Of a DNA stretch of 64,000 nt, positions 34,301 to 39,014 are shown piece by piece. The translations under genes and the position numbers were made by a program. Position 1 is the first letter of the stretch. Each line of letters starts with the position of its first letter. The DNA is from a virus, in IMG/VR virus record IMGVR_UViG_3300032245_000936, positions 48,658 to 112,657 of that record; one strand, given 5' to 3'. A model generated the notes under the pieces. It made no database searches. It was given only the letters and a program-made list of their open reading frames with translations, and had not been told where the DNA came from.

Positions 34301-35001
34301 ATAAGTCCAGCGTCTATACCGTTGTTGTCAATTCCCAGGATGTCGCGGCTTAATGCTTCTGATTCAGTTGAGCGTGTGCCTGTTGCACCTAACTGAGTTT
34401 GAATCCAAAATGGATGCCCGGCTTGGCTGATGCTAAAGGTATAGGTAGTTCCTTTAACCAAAGTAAGAATAGGATTACTGTCAGTACCAAAACCAGTGAA
34501 ATTATATCCATTGGCAACTCTGTTGTAGTTTACTTTGTAATCAAGTACTTGCACATCAGAGCTGGCTGACACAGCCACTTCAGGAGGGCCATCTGGTAAC
34601 CAGTAGTATTGATTGAAGTTAACAAATTTATCAAAATCAATCAATCCATTGAAGTTGTAACTTTCGCCTGCAAACAAACGGCTATGGTCATTGACCAAAC
34701 CACCGTAGTAAGCAATTTTTTGCAACAAGTCTGTGTAGCTGTTAAAGAATGCAACATTTTTATTTGCATCTTCAACTACCATACTGGCTTCAAGTTGATA
34801 ATTCTGACGTTCTGCGGTTGGCTCTGGTATATAACTGTCTCCAGACACAAACGTAGGCGCGACTTGTCTTCCGATATAACCATTGATTTTTCTAAAATCT
34901 GGTTCTGATATCAGCTGATCCATAGTAGCAGAAACAAACTTATTGTTTGTTTTGCTCCTAAAGATCTCAGGCAAAAAATTGATACTTTTACGTACAGCCA
35001 T
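16321..35001 (-). CDS. Giant (6226 aa) baseplate wedge/virion structural protein
   Basis: Uninterrupted 18.7-kb ORF directly downstream of the gp6-like gene; many GxGY..P repeats, FG-GAP-like and BNR-like propeller repeats. Confidence 0.8.
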   Translation of the reverse strand: MAVRKSINFLPEIFRSKTNNKFVSATMDQLISEPDFRKINGYIGRQVAPTFVSGDSYIPEPTAERQNYQLEASMVVEDANKNVAFFNSYTDLLQKIAYYGGLVNDHSRLFAGESYNFNGLIDFDKFVNFNQYYWLPDGPPEVAVSASSDVQVLDYKVNYNRVANGYNFTGFGTDSNPILTLVKGTTYTFSISQAGHPFWIQTQLGATGTRSTESEALSRDILGIDNNGIDAGLITFRVPNTNAQDAYISAEKVADVDLATTLTFAQLQNHLNSNLVRAGGIDGVTESLRDRTLIFLNPSDNNEDWTDPGVFDFRPFDSEDAPVYIPQENRQDIFRISTFDTGGGRFVIQLVPIRQVNVGQKVFVKAGKANSGVTFFKNSRQKWEPVRPITATLDTLYYQDGVDGKYSGIIRLVEPDFAQLDVETDIIGKPVYTSPNGVKFTNGLKIRFDSTVVPAIYSNGLYIVEGVGRSITLVPVGNLIIPEEYVNPLVTTPDYVTINRASSDLNAWSRSNRWFHTDLLTLTAKYNNDTTILEQFADTRARRPIIEFEADIMLFNHGSRAKAPVDIIDYTVTDAFSQVEGKTEFIVRLPNGVTRQLTSGTRIIFANDLDPDVRNRIWQVDFISTSQQTQIHLVSKNTQTAPSYYVSGATMVQDTQVAVIGGNPIYPATATANIDPITGTVTNIIIGNTGAGYRGTPTIVFVNKGKGIGANAVAHLTGTGYVGQIELISGGTNYATAPTYATVPTVTFTSPFPGIGTRTAQGVALAAPTSVNLIDVNFSGLNYIAEPTVTISTTYDTPAVITPVYNAFKYVDYIRITDKGAGYSAQNIDVIFSSPNPAQANTFVSAFANGLVTSDTITLDAVPSGLAQNWFVYAPNILSGTKVSAVNGISGNITLSIPVRLFGADEAKPGPNANTLTVPLTFKSNVGNVSIVSETVRYQTQIKVDTTQYTMRNMILVGGSTPVPIQNIFLYTTSAVVLPITITTSPGNPHGFVNGDLVTIIGVNGTTQLNNNSYYVDVVDTLTINLYSDVGLTDPVDGRSYFEYVSGGYTSGYTVPYDTRVIRIIDSTTLQLSKSVSLKQGTELVFLGVPAKGSANGDGSGIYTVIINDPGSGYTSAPSLTIPPPPSNPEILTAQATATAILNNNTIEYFTIQSVGSGYRLGTDIITTVINNVEVATGEASAYGSRVLTFDSYTDVQYIKPGWLAFLVVPNATGGFYYADFSRTPYVETEVTGPNPDTYQFYMDVDLSNANILKVLAVADNQVVLTGDIDARDADGEPIDLPAGSKVVFSAQNRFFTQEQFASSQPIGSDKTSYIVNQVLLGKNATETGLRLNTVMGIQAGMSVTDLAGSLPDNLRVTSVDQYSSIVYVNSVITLGQNIPLKFSTSAVVTTKLAPSKIVGIDITDPGAEYTSAPRITITPQIPAVTKFTDCAGGTVLIVPDHDGIEIGATVTSNYNANGIGLTTGADVPKVVDLQTVQLSATEKQYRVILDIAQEPFVTIEATFTYAAKAIAEITSATNFIASDGDTTPDTYEAGDTILLTEPTAGSTATAQLKTGVITLFNQYYYTGQEWIPGQQKNNYNQSPLFDIFDKDGNSVGDSNYYPGSKFAGTKVYSYKVGTGANDKFLGFPLSYRSFQNVGDIQFNNDFDIDTFRYNLDTVEVSRNVNNYFLKTRVNGTFAFRNIWTKLEEKTKQYQIIHHEFDGRTNYFEIDILPLPSAAIPYIKVYVDHSKISSDQYTLRKYGGRYAVVVDQALLKVKPASNVDIFIYAKAKSNMGYYEIPSNIDVNAQNSNFTVLTLGQMRNHFTHMSENHLGLSGTVAGKNNSRDLYIKDWQGSIVQHASPGTYAAIMLGDSATSSLEANSSATSSNISKGLGFVEAAEYAQKEYTRFKQRFLDQCLKQDLPSNIADAFEVVMTSVMVGKNSTSPWYDSDMVPWGGAVVNTPIKIINTQRRRYEIPNIYKDMELSRRSILVYLRDDSIGLNQQLIKGIDFEFNQTLPAIDLADHVQLTYTQTLLVVERPSTIGSYVPETPTKLGLYPRYVPTMFEDTTYQVPVMVIQGHDGSLTPVFNDIRDRLLMELELRIYNNIKVDYQANILDIYDYLPGKFRNTEYTLAEFNRLLTRNFLNWVGNNQLNYTRNDTFAANNSWSWNYHYLKDADGEFLPGFWRAVYQHYYDTDRPNTAPWEMLGFSEQPTWWTEVYGPAPYTGANKLLWDDLEAGRIARGTRAGVDTRFARPGLNKYIPVDDIGLLLSPEKLVVSNFDGTRTGASWSIGDQGPVETAWRRSSAFPYAVQIALALAKPAFYFGSMFNTNNYYRDRDIDQLLLTTTKQRVTQTSFDIPSDGIGINETTTFTAGYVNWIRDYLVSKGLPASQTLRNYITNFKLKLGYKMAGFADSKFLTILADQSSPSSNSSSVVIPQENYKIFLNKGTPLNRLIYSAVIIEKSAGRYTVTGYDTITPYFTIIPSSSNNNAYKISELNETAVVYRDFQRTRITVPYGYEFTTRQEIVDFLVSYGRFLIGQGFVFDEYNIDLTIKQDWVLSAREFLVWSQQGWKAGNVLVLSPAFNAIKVTNKNGVVDHVENVLNGSKVLDQNFTIIKNNQFTVTREDNTFTLESIFGQTFGLVDLNLVQYEHVVVFDNTTVFNDVIYVPELGSRQYRLKLIGNKTGSWTGQLNPAGFIYNNDKVDIWQVGTQYRRGSLVNFKDNYYYASVEVNAAAEFDFSKWTPIEKSRIKTGLLPNFALNAQKFNNIYDLDNHPADSTLDQFSQGLVGYRARNYFQDFDLDQTSQVKFYHGFIKQKGTLSSVTTLTRGNFNNLGSNISLYEEWGFRVGDYGALGSDQAIEIVLDESTFVNDPTAVVLLARGETPVNNAVNVTPETVYRFTEDTYNPQIVRARTDVTPRISDNLTAGYPRLDDVDYTVYDISDFASYYQLVEQIGAGYKLWVAKDFNKDWNVYRATETDITITEIRIGVADTIQISFDLPHGLEVNNLFVLKSFDPDFNGFYRVTTVTDQFTVIVPGYRNLQRLRKQQTIEGKGIFFVMDSVRYNQVSDITKFTPIHGWRENDRVWVDNDISNGVWAVFEKSSQWNFNQLMPIRDGDFSSGERYGASARISVDNRLYVAGTPGYSQGTISGLRVLNPGSGYGPLTKVFISTPDVAGGYAPVTNVRISSGTLINAQLTAIGLNYQLQPNITIVDGTTHTLISNTLLSDVMTFGNVANVYVGDSISLTAGQYGYSNIFVSDGITVQQIFSNNNKVRVSGTLSANTGIAVNFTRGTGGIINARLSPTNVTFIDVIDGGSGFTSVPSVEIIGGGGSGATAGAVTISSGTITAIAVATGGAGYTEPPIVNLITTNPTPVILRSRLSPVPIKDLIVSQPGQSYKEPKLLIQAYSGDTGVGATGTVGVTDNSIASVTIYPLLPGTGYAKAPVATVYDPDGTGSGAVLETIFTTGAVKAFTRPGAVGTLDLEAINTLRPFSVDAIEFGHAVDIGYTYTFASAPGSFTARGAVQVSEYFKTNWLNKQVLSPVDLEPNARFGESLACSRDEKWLYVGAPGANKVYVYARKSPGTGQLKINIDAERRVYSYVTNFVDVTNPAVLKVVGTSGRVFLAAFDYSISGGILTFIPPTGSVDPFDAIEGEVAVYVTRQAQPTTIIPLKDANDLYQTIYPLVQRPNGVETISVVGSSGRLYVPSREFTVIGSTIIFLTQEFINEASITVSPLDPYYVEAAVLEPDDRITWKTKDELKALYDDASVITLVQTIHDLEAQTRSINNTYTTYSEMVDANLANGTLAKVMNYVAELGTYSQYEIYIYLADQYIVIGTENLLVSRISKFGQAVACTNLGYQVVVGAPEVSIDTGIEQPSGGTVIAKAGKSYVFDRAYQVYTGTGSGQTLFTTSLALGVVNRVTLDDFEVREGIDYTASGFTVRFFEAPKSGQRIKIDINKFNLIQNIPSVDPVYQGFFGKSVAMAPDNQGIFIGAPGYRDVNYYNGRVYRFVNQGLFYGSTLTTQLYPVTTLGDTIRINDVDVLLSGSIDTATGNGSSLKVLNDISAQNIIGVTSSVEGISGIEFNNRGAGYFSTNVAITVAPPDLITGTQALVGNIQIFGGNGAIKSYDIIENGSGYTSLPKVTITGARTTQASAIAINDGSPLRIEVTSTQAIKRLDILPGVGTGLKDTGIKVYALTQVIEHPRLDQPEKFGYVIRCDGQTGETLVISSDGAATLASVTFDAKGTIFDRDTTRFIDSLKNSGAVYVYDYLPVPGETLQNPGKFLFNQVLQNSKIKFNDNFGSSVDINNGRIMVGAFNSSYYSTQAGLMHLFINPTSKKGWSKLRSRSELVDIDYINKVSAYNKKTQVALSTFDYYDPAKGKILGIADQDIDYKTSYDPAFYNKGTDTTVNIDATSYWNDVQIGRVWWNLDACRYITYEQGELTYRISQWGGLFPGSTIEILEWVESQYLPSDYVANGGDGVPKYPNDSAYVEVAYIDTQSGLVKTKYYYWVTDKVSVDTAKTKRINSISAISDIIQNPIKQELPYIAALSTNTFAVYNSKPFISGKDSILRIEYAQVLNNNIAHSEYELVQQGNPLSAIPTKLINKLIDSLAGENLTGDVVPDLKLREVDRLGISLRPRQSMLKDQAAGTRVLVQFVNKFFKQYLIAKEYDLTQLKLAEAIPQENLGFYDSRVTTKDALAYFTPADLFDGFRVLVETDADYSGFWTIYFYTAKDKTFTLERIQSYDSTRYWNYANWYINDTFNDNIQVNHIINSYNDIETLKEKVVDGDILKVTNFGGNFELYQLAVDSAGIITPTLVGAENGTIQLNSSLYDNTKSLVGFDNPGFDTTGFSKSLAIEARNIINGIFNYIFIGDNRVQLNKVFFALVNYILSEQQNADWLFKTSFITVVQKIRKLEQFASYIKDQQDYYQSYINEVKPYRTQLRDYLLDYEGLDESYNAIADFDFPAYYDPVRGTTRSLNPTKATDLAIVNAGVWKNWYQNYRYSIQRIVVTDSGSGYKQRPLVRISGGGGVSASARAVLDTDGKVVSVTITSPGQYFTSAPTITFVGGGGSGAKAYAELVSLTGNTTVDNSSKTVRTITTILNFDRITYSSSVRTWKPYTTYHVGDIVVVPDVKTSVFYNLPDQAVPSFSTPYRVLKTILGTVTLDLNIFQNDAVVQKLSGSDVDNAVDRLAAFHKPGTPDVAVLFNSPDTVRLTPASNNNDASSTGNQWARTAFSGVIPAANEYQYISVGQRGLLSYSQDGVNWTNVPLNDQAVNLRDVVYYNGTTWVAIGNRGYVLTSLDAVNWNIDQIITFRYSPSLDAVNGLVLNEAAQAVDLTGVTAFTSTQGSYILTVGNSDTILLNPTDTNASAPFENTWYAAKAQPKVYNTPANFLAVDSRSFGDLSLFIRAKTLRASATWAAVTGSTLIVRIPTADISGTIEFGMTMISPYVPTNHGVINVDSSTTPGTTVIQLGFTENTAIAAAGTVGTTRPAQMVHFAYYNANLEGSGSFTLNGFGKPMQVGFVVIGGINGNMYITSYNRLDDLQQGYKLSYNYDSGKGTDFNYPWIPMNVPKSVAGDSDGYSGEQINAIAISDDVGQWIIAIGSGGTLIWNKLDSPLQVQLGNADTGADTIGKVVMNYGINVFKNFREFDSDNFVLPLSAENVRKYDFTDISWDGEKFIVVGNKSTVIWGYPGYNDEVYIELGNINPNRYAYTRNSSAHWTGGTGLTSLIISIPVTDVIGAPIRGMTLNGAGLPTDSIITNVELIAGSWNITISFASANITTTVLGSFIAEYLFTAEIPVGTVLTFTDIDTATTKTLTVSRTAAKGDSVVYVNGYEKVTANWSISGTGIPLAATVNGIGRFAKFTWKFARGSGRDNNINYESIVVNKTTLQLNKPLSLPNKPSTDTSVAIPAGTSLTFFDATGTKIQKTTTQDVRNNTTTLIFETTDGLKIDYVLSPDTVFGIQSGTKIVSTAQYNIAGVLDHLYRDIPDKIPGASYPGGLVKGQEFLQTNTDPLSLDTIISSEYTDNLLGIRPEDIIVDGGKFIDKYSSHAPEELVPGQVIDSLQMNVFTANVTNGNIDYGNVTAFKIFTDYKLSTVYYRLPDANTTVLTANLSYEDTEISVADIARLPAPAAAINQPGSIWVNGEKINYFGIDLNRGVLTDIRRGAQRTSIPLVHVAGSIITDASPVQQFETDTVLTISNDYSVYNNIGNASIQNTAVYRVATTTHVPQGSIWLDLGQ

Positions 35002-35049
35002 AATTTTTTTGTGTTCTCTCTAAACTATCTAGTATTTACCGGATAAAAA

Positions 35050-38000
35050 TCACTGTAATTGTGAGGCAGTAATATCTGTAATAATCTGAACGTTGTCTAC
35101 TGTTGCGGCGCTGATTACAATTTCACTTGGCTCTGCATTGATTTGATATAGGTTACCAAATGCGCTTCCGGTACTGGTTGGTACAATAATAATACTGGAA
35201 ATCCTTGGCGCCAGAGTCTGATGCAAATATGCACTAAGCTCTGAGAAGTAGAACGGTTCACCAAAGTCCCAGTTGTTGATATCAAAGTATTTGTTAATAG
35301 CAGACACCACAGCTACCTTAATGTCATTGTCGCTGACAATAACAGAAGGATTTTTAATCACTTTAAATGTAGCCTGTAGTGCAGGATCGGCTTTTTTACC
35401 AAACAACGGTTTGAACTTAGCCGAGTTATAGATCAAAGTATCACTAATTGTTTTAAAGTTATCCAGCTCGCTGTATTGCAATTCTAAATCGTCTGCTGTG
35501 TCAGGAGTAGGTTGTGTCACTGTGCCAGTGGTATCCTGTACCCAGTTCTGGTATGAACTAGCATACTGCTTGGTTAAGATATACAAGTCCACAATGTTAT
35601 TTGGACTAGGATCAATTCGTCGATTGGCAGGTGCGGCATGGCGGTATTGGAAATACAAGTCCTGACGACCTCGTAACAAGATGTACTGTTCACCAGGAGC
35701 ACTGGCAGTTAAACTCTTACCACCGGTCACTGAATCAATGTTTAGTACATAGAATGTGTTTTCTGCGGTTGCATAGAATACCTGTCCTGCGGTGTTGTAC
35801 AAACTGAATGTTTTTACAATATCGCCCTGTGATGCAAAGCCTGTTTCCACAGCACCTGTATCAAGAACCTGATATTGAATATAGTTATTGGAGTTGTAGA
35901 TCTTTTGAAAGAACACCAACTTGCTAATTGGATTGGTACTTGGAGCTACCACTTCTGTAAACAAATCTGGATTGTCAGGTACCCCGTCACGGTTGCTATC
36001 AGGGTATTTGACTAAAATTTTGTTTACATTTTCATAACCATCTTGATCTACAATCATTTTGTAGATAAAGAATGTTTTGTCATCATATAAACTACCAGTG
36101 CTGTCTGGAGCTGAATTGGACCGCAACACTTTGACGTTGTCGTTGATAACGGTTGCAGTCTTGGAGTCGTATACACGCACACGAGAATCATAGTAGAACT
36201 TGGTTTCTCGTTTGCTTTCAAACACATAGTTAACCTGGCGATAGAAAACAGTATAACCGTAGCGCCCGGATACAAACGCAAATACCCAACTGCTGTCTAA
36301 ACTTGCTGACGCGGTGCTACCGGCACCAATATCACTCCACTCACTGTTGATTCCGTTGTTGCTTAAAATGCTTGAAGTATTTTGAGACAGTTTCAAATCT
36401 TGTGGTTGTACCAATGCCCACTTTTGTGCAACCTGGTCAAAGCGTAGACCAAAGTTTTTCTTACCATTGACCAAGTTGGTTGCCGCTGTTAGCACAGTGG
36501 TTGGAATCTGATTATAGATCTTAGGAACAATCTGATCCACGTATGCACCTGTGGGAATAAAGCTACTGAGTGTCAGTGGACCTTCAGTACCACTAACCAA
36601 TAAACCTCCGGCTGTTCCGTCATCCACAACCTTGACTACAGTAGCGTACACATAGATACGGTCACCGGCCTTGGTTGGAGTTCCTTCTTGGATATTGTTG
36701 TTAGAATCAAAGTATGCTGGATATGCCGCTATCAGTGGGCTAGCACGAAAACGAATAATTGCACCTGGCTTGAGATATTTGAACACACTGGAGCTGGCTG
36801 CACCAACTTTCAATGGTATTGCAAAAATATTATTGGCCTGGGCTGTTGTCCAGTTTGCCTCAGTGGCAAAAAACCCTGTACTCTGATTGGTACTGATTGT
36901 CATCTGTGTCCATACTGCATTAAAAACTGCGGAGTTGATATCAATGTCAGATGTTGTAAAGCGTCTAAATTTTTCATAGAACAACTGTGTAAATGGCACA
37001 TAGTTATCAACCAATAGTTTGTTGTTCAATGTGTCGTTCAAGCTACCCACAATATCACCGTTGGTGGCAGGAATAAAGTCTTGCGCTTCAATTGTTTCTG
37101 TTCTGTACAAGATACCATCTTCACCAAACACGTTGGTAGAGGAGTACTTGCCGGTAATATCCAATGTATCTAAATATCGACTAACGCCTGAACTACTGCG
37201 ATTGGTACTTTTGATTTTAAGAATACTGGAGAACTTGGTAAATGGCAGGATGTTATAGTCCTCGCCGGTAATCATGCGATTTTGTGTGTAGTACTGTTGT
37301 GGTGCCTTGGCTTTGATCTCTTCCAGCGTTTCGCGAGTGTTTGCATTGTTCACTGTGTAGTGCAAGCTGGCCTTGACTGTTAGAGTCTCTGCGCGACCAG
37401 TTCTGCTCACATAGGTTATAGGAACAACCACGTTTTGCATTTCCTCAGGAGTGATCTTGTAGCTGAGTGCGTTGCCTGTACGATAGAACACTCGGAATGT
37501 GCCAATTGGAATGTCAGCAAATGCTCCGTCGCCAAACACAATGTCAATTTGATCGTTGGCGCGAGTATTGATTTGATAAATCTTACGCTCAACGCTGGTG
37601 TTATAGATAACGTTAAATCCTGCCACGTTAGGAACTTCTGTCCACTTCTCACTGAGGTTTCCGTTGGCATCTAATTTATACACCCACACATCAGTGTTGT
37701 TGATGTTGTCAATGTTCACACTGACCACACGATTTGGCAGACTTTCATTGAGGTTAAAATCAATGTTGTTCAATTGACCTTGTTTGAAATAAACAAACCA
37801 ACCAGTGTTGTTACTGTTATTGCCTAGATTGTCATTGCGATACAGTGCATTAAAGATTCTGCTTGGTGCAGGATCTTTTTCGTATAGGTAAGTTTTGCCC
37901 GTGGAAGTTGCACTTACAATTTCAAATGTCATTTGTGCGCCTTGTACACTAGACTGAATTTTAAATGCAGGAATAATGTTAGGCAGTAGATTAAAGCTGT

Positions 38001-38559
38001 ATTCTTCTGTACGAATACCGCCAAGGTTTTGTGTGTTACCAGGCTTTCCAACCACTTGACTATTGATCATTGCGGCGTTGAGTACCACAGCAAATTGCTC
38101 TTGCCAGTTTTCATTGCCCGGGTCATTCCAGCTGATAGGAATATTGCTTAGATTTAAACCTTGACTGTCAATGAGTCCTTCTGTGCTGGACACACTATCA
38201 ATACGCAATAGACCAGAACTAGGAATGTTACGTTTGGGACTGTAGCTGATAAGTCGGGCTAGTTTTAGTACACTGTCGCGTCTTTCTGCTGTGTCAATAA
38301 AGTTTTCGCGAGCATTAAGATCCGCACGGAAAGCAAGTGATTGTCCTAAGAATGCAATTAGGTCAATTAGTGCCACATACTCTGAACTTTCCAGGAAGTC
38401 GTTAAAGTCTTCTGGATAGTAAGTACGCAGATAGTCAATCATTGACTTGCGTAGTGTTTCAAAGTCGTAGCTGGAAAAGTCAGCATTTTGGAAGCTCTGA
38501 TAGATCTTCTTCCAATCTTGCTGTACTAAGAGATTTTGTTGTCGTGTATTGGCCGCCAT
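35050..38559 (-). CDS. gp6: Baseplate wedge subunit, T4 gp6-like
   Basis: DFETLRKSMIDYL, ENFIDTAERRDSVLKLARLISYSP, FGDG, TQNRMITGEDY. Confidence 0.88.
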   Translation of the reverse strand: MAANTRQQNLLVQQDWKKIYQSFQNADFSSYDFETLRKSMIDYLRTYYPEDFNDFLESSEYVALIDLIAFLGQSLAFRADLNARENFIDTAERRDSVLKLARLISYSPKRNIPSSGLLRIDSVSSTEGLIDSQGLNLSNIPISWNDPGNENWQEQFAVVLNAAMINSQVVGKPGNTQNLGGIRTEEYSFNLLPNIIPAFKIQSSVQGAQMTFEIVSATSTGKTYLYEKDPAPSRIFNALYRNDNLGNNSNNTGWFVYFKQGQLNNIDFNLNESLPNRVVSVNIDNINNTDVWVYKLDANGNLSEKWTEVPNVAGFNVIYNTSVERKIYQINTRANDQIDIVFGDGAFADIPIGTFRVFYRTGNALSYKITPEEMQNVVVPITYVSRTGRAETLTVKASLHYTVNNANTRETLEEIKAKAPQQYYTQNRMITGEDYNILPFTKFSSILKIKSTNRSSSGVSRYLDTLDITGKYSSTNVFGEDGILYRTETIEAQDFIPATNGDIVGSLNDTLNNKLLVDNYVPFTQLFYEKFRRFTTSDIDINSAVFNAVWTQMTISTNQSTGFFATEANWTTAQANNIFAIPLKVGAASSSVFKYLKPGAIIRFRASPLIAAYPAYFDSNNNIQEGTPTKAGDRIYVYATVVKVVDDGTAGGLLVSGTEGPLTLSSFIPTGAYVDQIVPKIYNQIPTTVLTAATNLVNGKKNFGLRFDQVAQKWALVQPQDLKLSQNTSSILSNNGINSEWSDIGAGSTASASLDSSWVFAFVSGRYGYTVFYRQVNYVFESKRETKFYYDSRVRVYDSKTATVINDNVKVLRSNSAPDSTGSLYDDKTFFIYKMIVDQDGYENVNKILVKYPDSNRDGVPDNPDLFTEVVAPSTNPISKLVFFQKIYNSNNYIQYQVLDTGAVETGFASQGDIVKTFSLYNTAGQVFYATAENTFYVLNIDSVTGGKSLTASAPGEQYILLRGRQDLYFQYRHAAPANRRIDPSPNNIVDLYILTKQYASSYQNWVQDTTGTVTQPTPDTADDLELQYSELDNFKTISDTLIYNSAKFKPLFGKKADPALQATFKVIKNPSVIVSDNDIKVAVVSAINKYFDINNWDFGEPFYFSELSAYLHQTLAPRISSIIIVPTSTGSAFGNLYQINAEPSEIVISAATVDNVQIITDITASQLQ

Positions 38560-38608
38560 ATATGTCCACCCGTTTTACATATTTACCTAGCGGCAATATA
38601 TGGTATTT

Positions 38609-39001
38609 TTAAGACATATCGCCAAATTTGCCCTTGGATACCCTTGGGTTGTCGCGGTCAAACATCATGCTGAGTGTTTGCGTTTTATTCTCAGGCAAAT
38701 AAGTTATGGTCAGAGCCACTTGAAGTCCGCGTTCAAATTCAGTTAATTCAATGCTGTCAGTGGCAATGCGTGGGTCATAGCCTACTATTGATTTAACATC
38801 ATCTAAGATAACTTTTTCAACTTCTGGAGTTAACGGTTCAAATATCAACCCCCAAATCACAGTTCCAAAATTTGGATTCATTAGCTTTTCGCCTCGACGT
38901 ATGTTGAAGTGATTGAACAAATTTTGTTTAACCAAGTCAAAGTCAGATAGCTGAAACTTTTTGTTTCTGTTGTATGTGCTGAATCCGTTGTATAGTGACA
39001 T
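38609..39001 (-). CDS. gp25: Baseplate wedge subunit, T4 gp25-like
   Basis: VKQNLFNHFNIRRGEKLMNPNFGT...YDPRI. Confidence 0.9.
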   Translation of the reverse strand: MSLYNGFSTYNRNKKFQLSDFDLVKQNLFNHFNIRRGEKLMNPNFGTVIWGLIFEPLTPEVEKVILDDVKSIVGYDPRIATDSIELTEFERGLQVALTITYLPENKTQTLSMMFDRDNPRVSKGKFGDMS

Positions 39002-39006
39002 AATGA

Positions 39007-39014
39007 TATTTATA
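39007..39014 (-). promoter_or_regulatory. T4-type late promoter
   Basis: TATAAATA upstream of gp25. Related TAAATA cores on minus at 11683-11689, 15153-15159, 35033-35039, 38580-38586 and on plus at 55551-55557, 57297-57303, 57606-57612. Confidence 0.7.
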
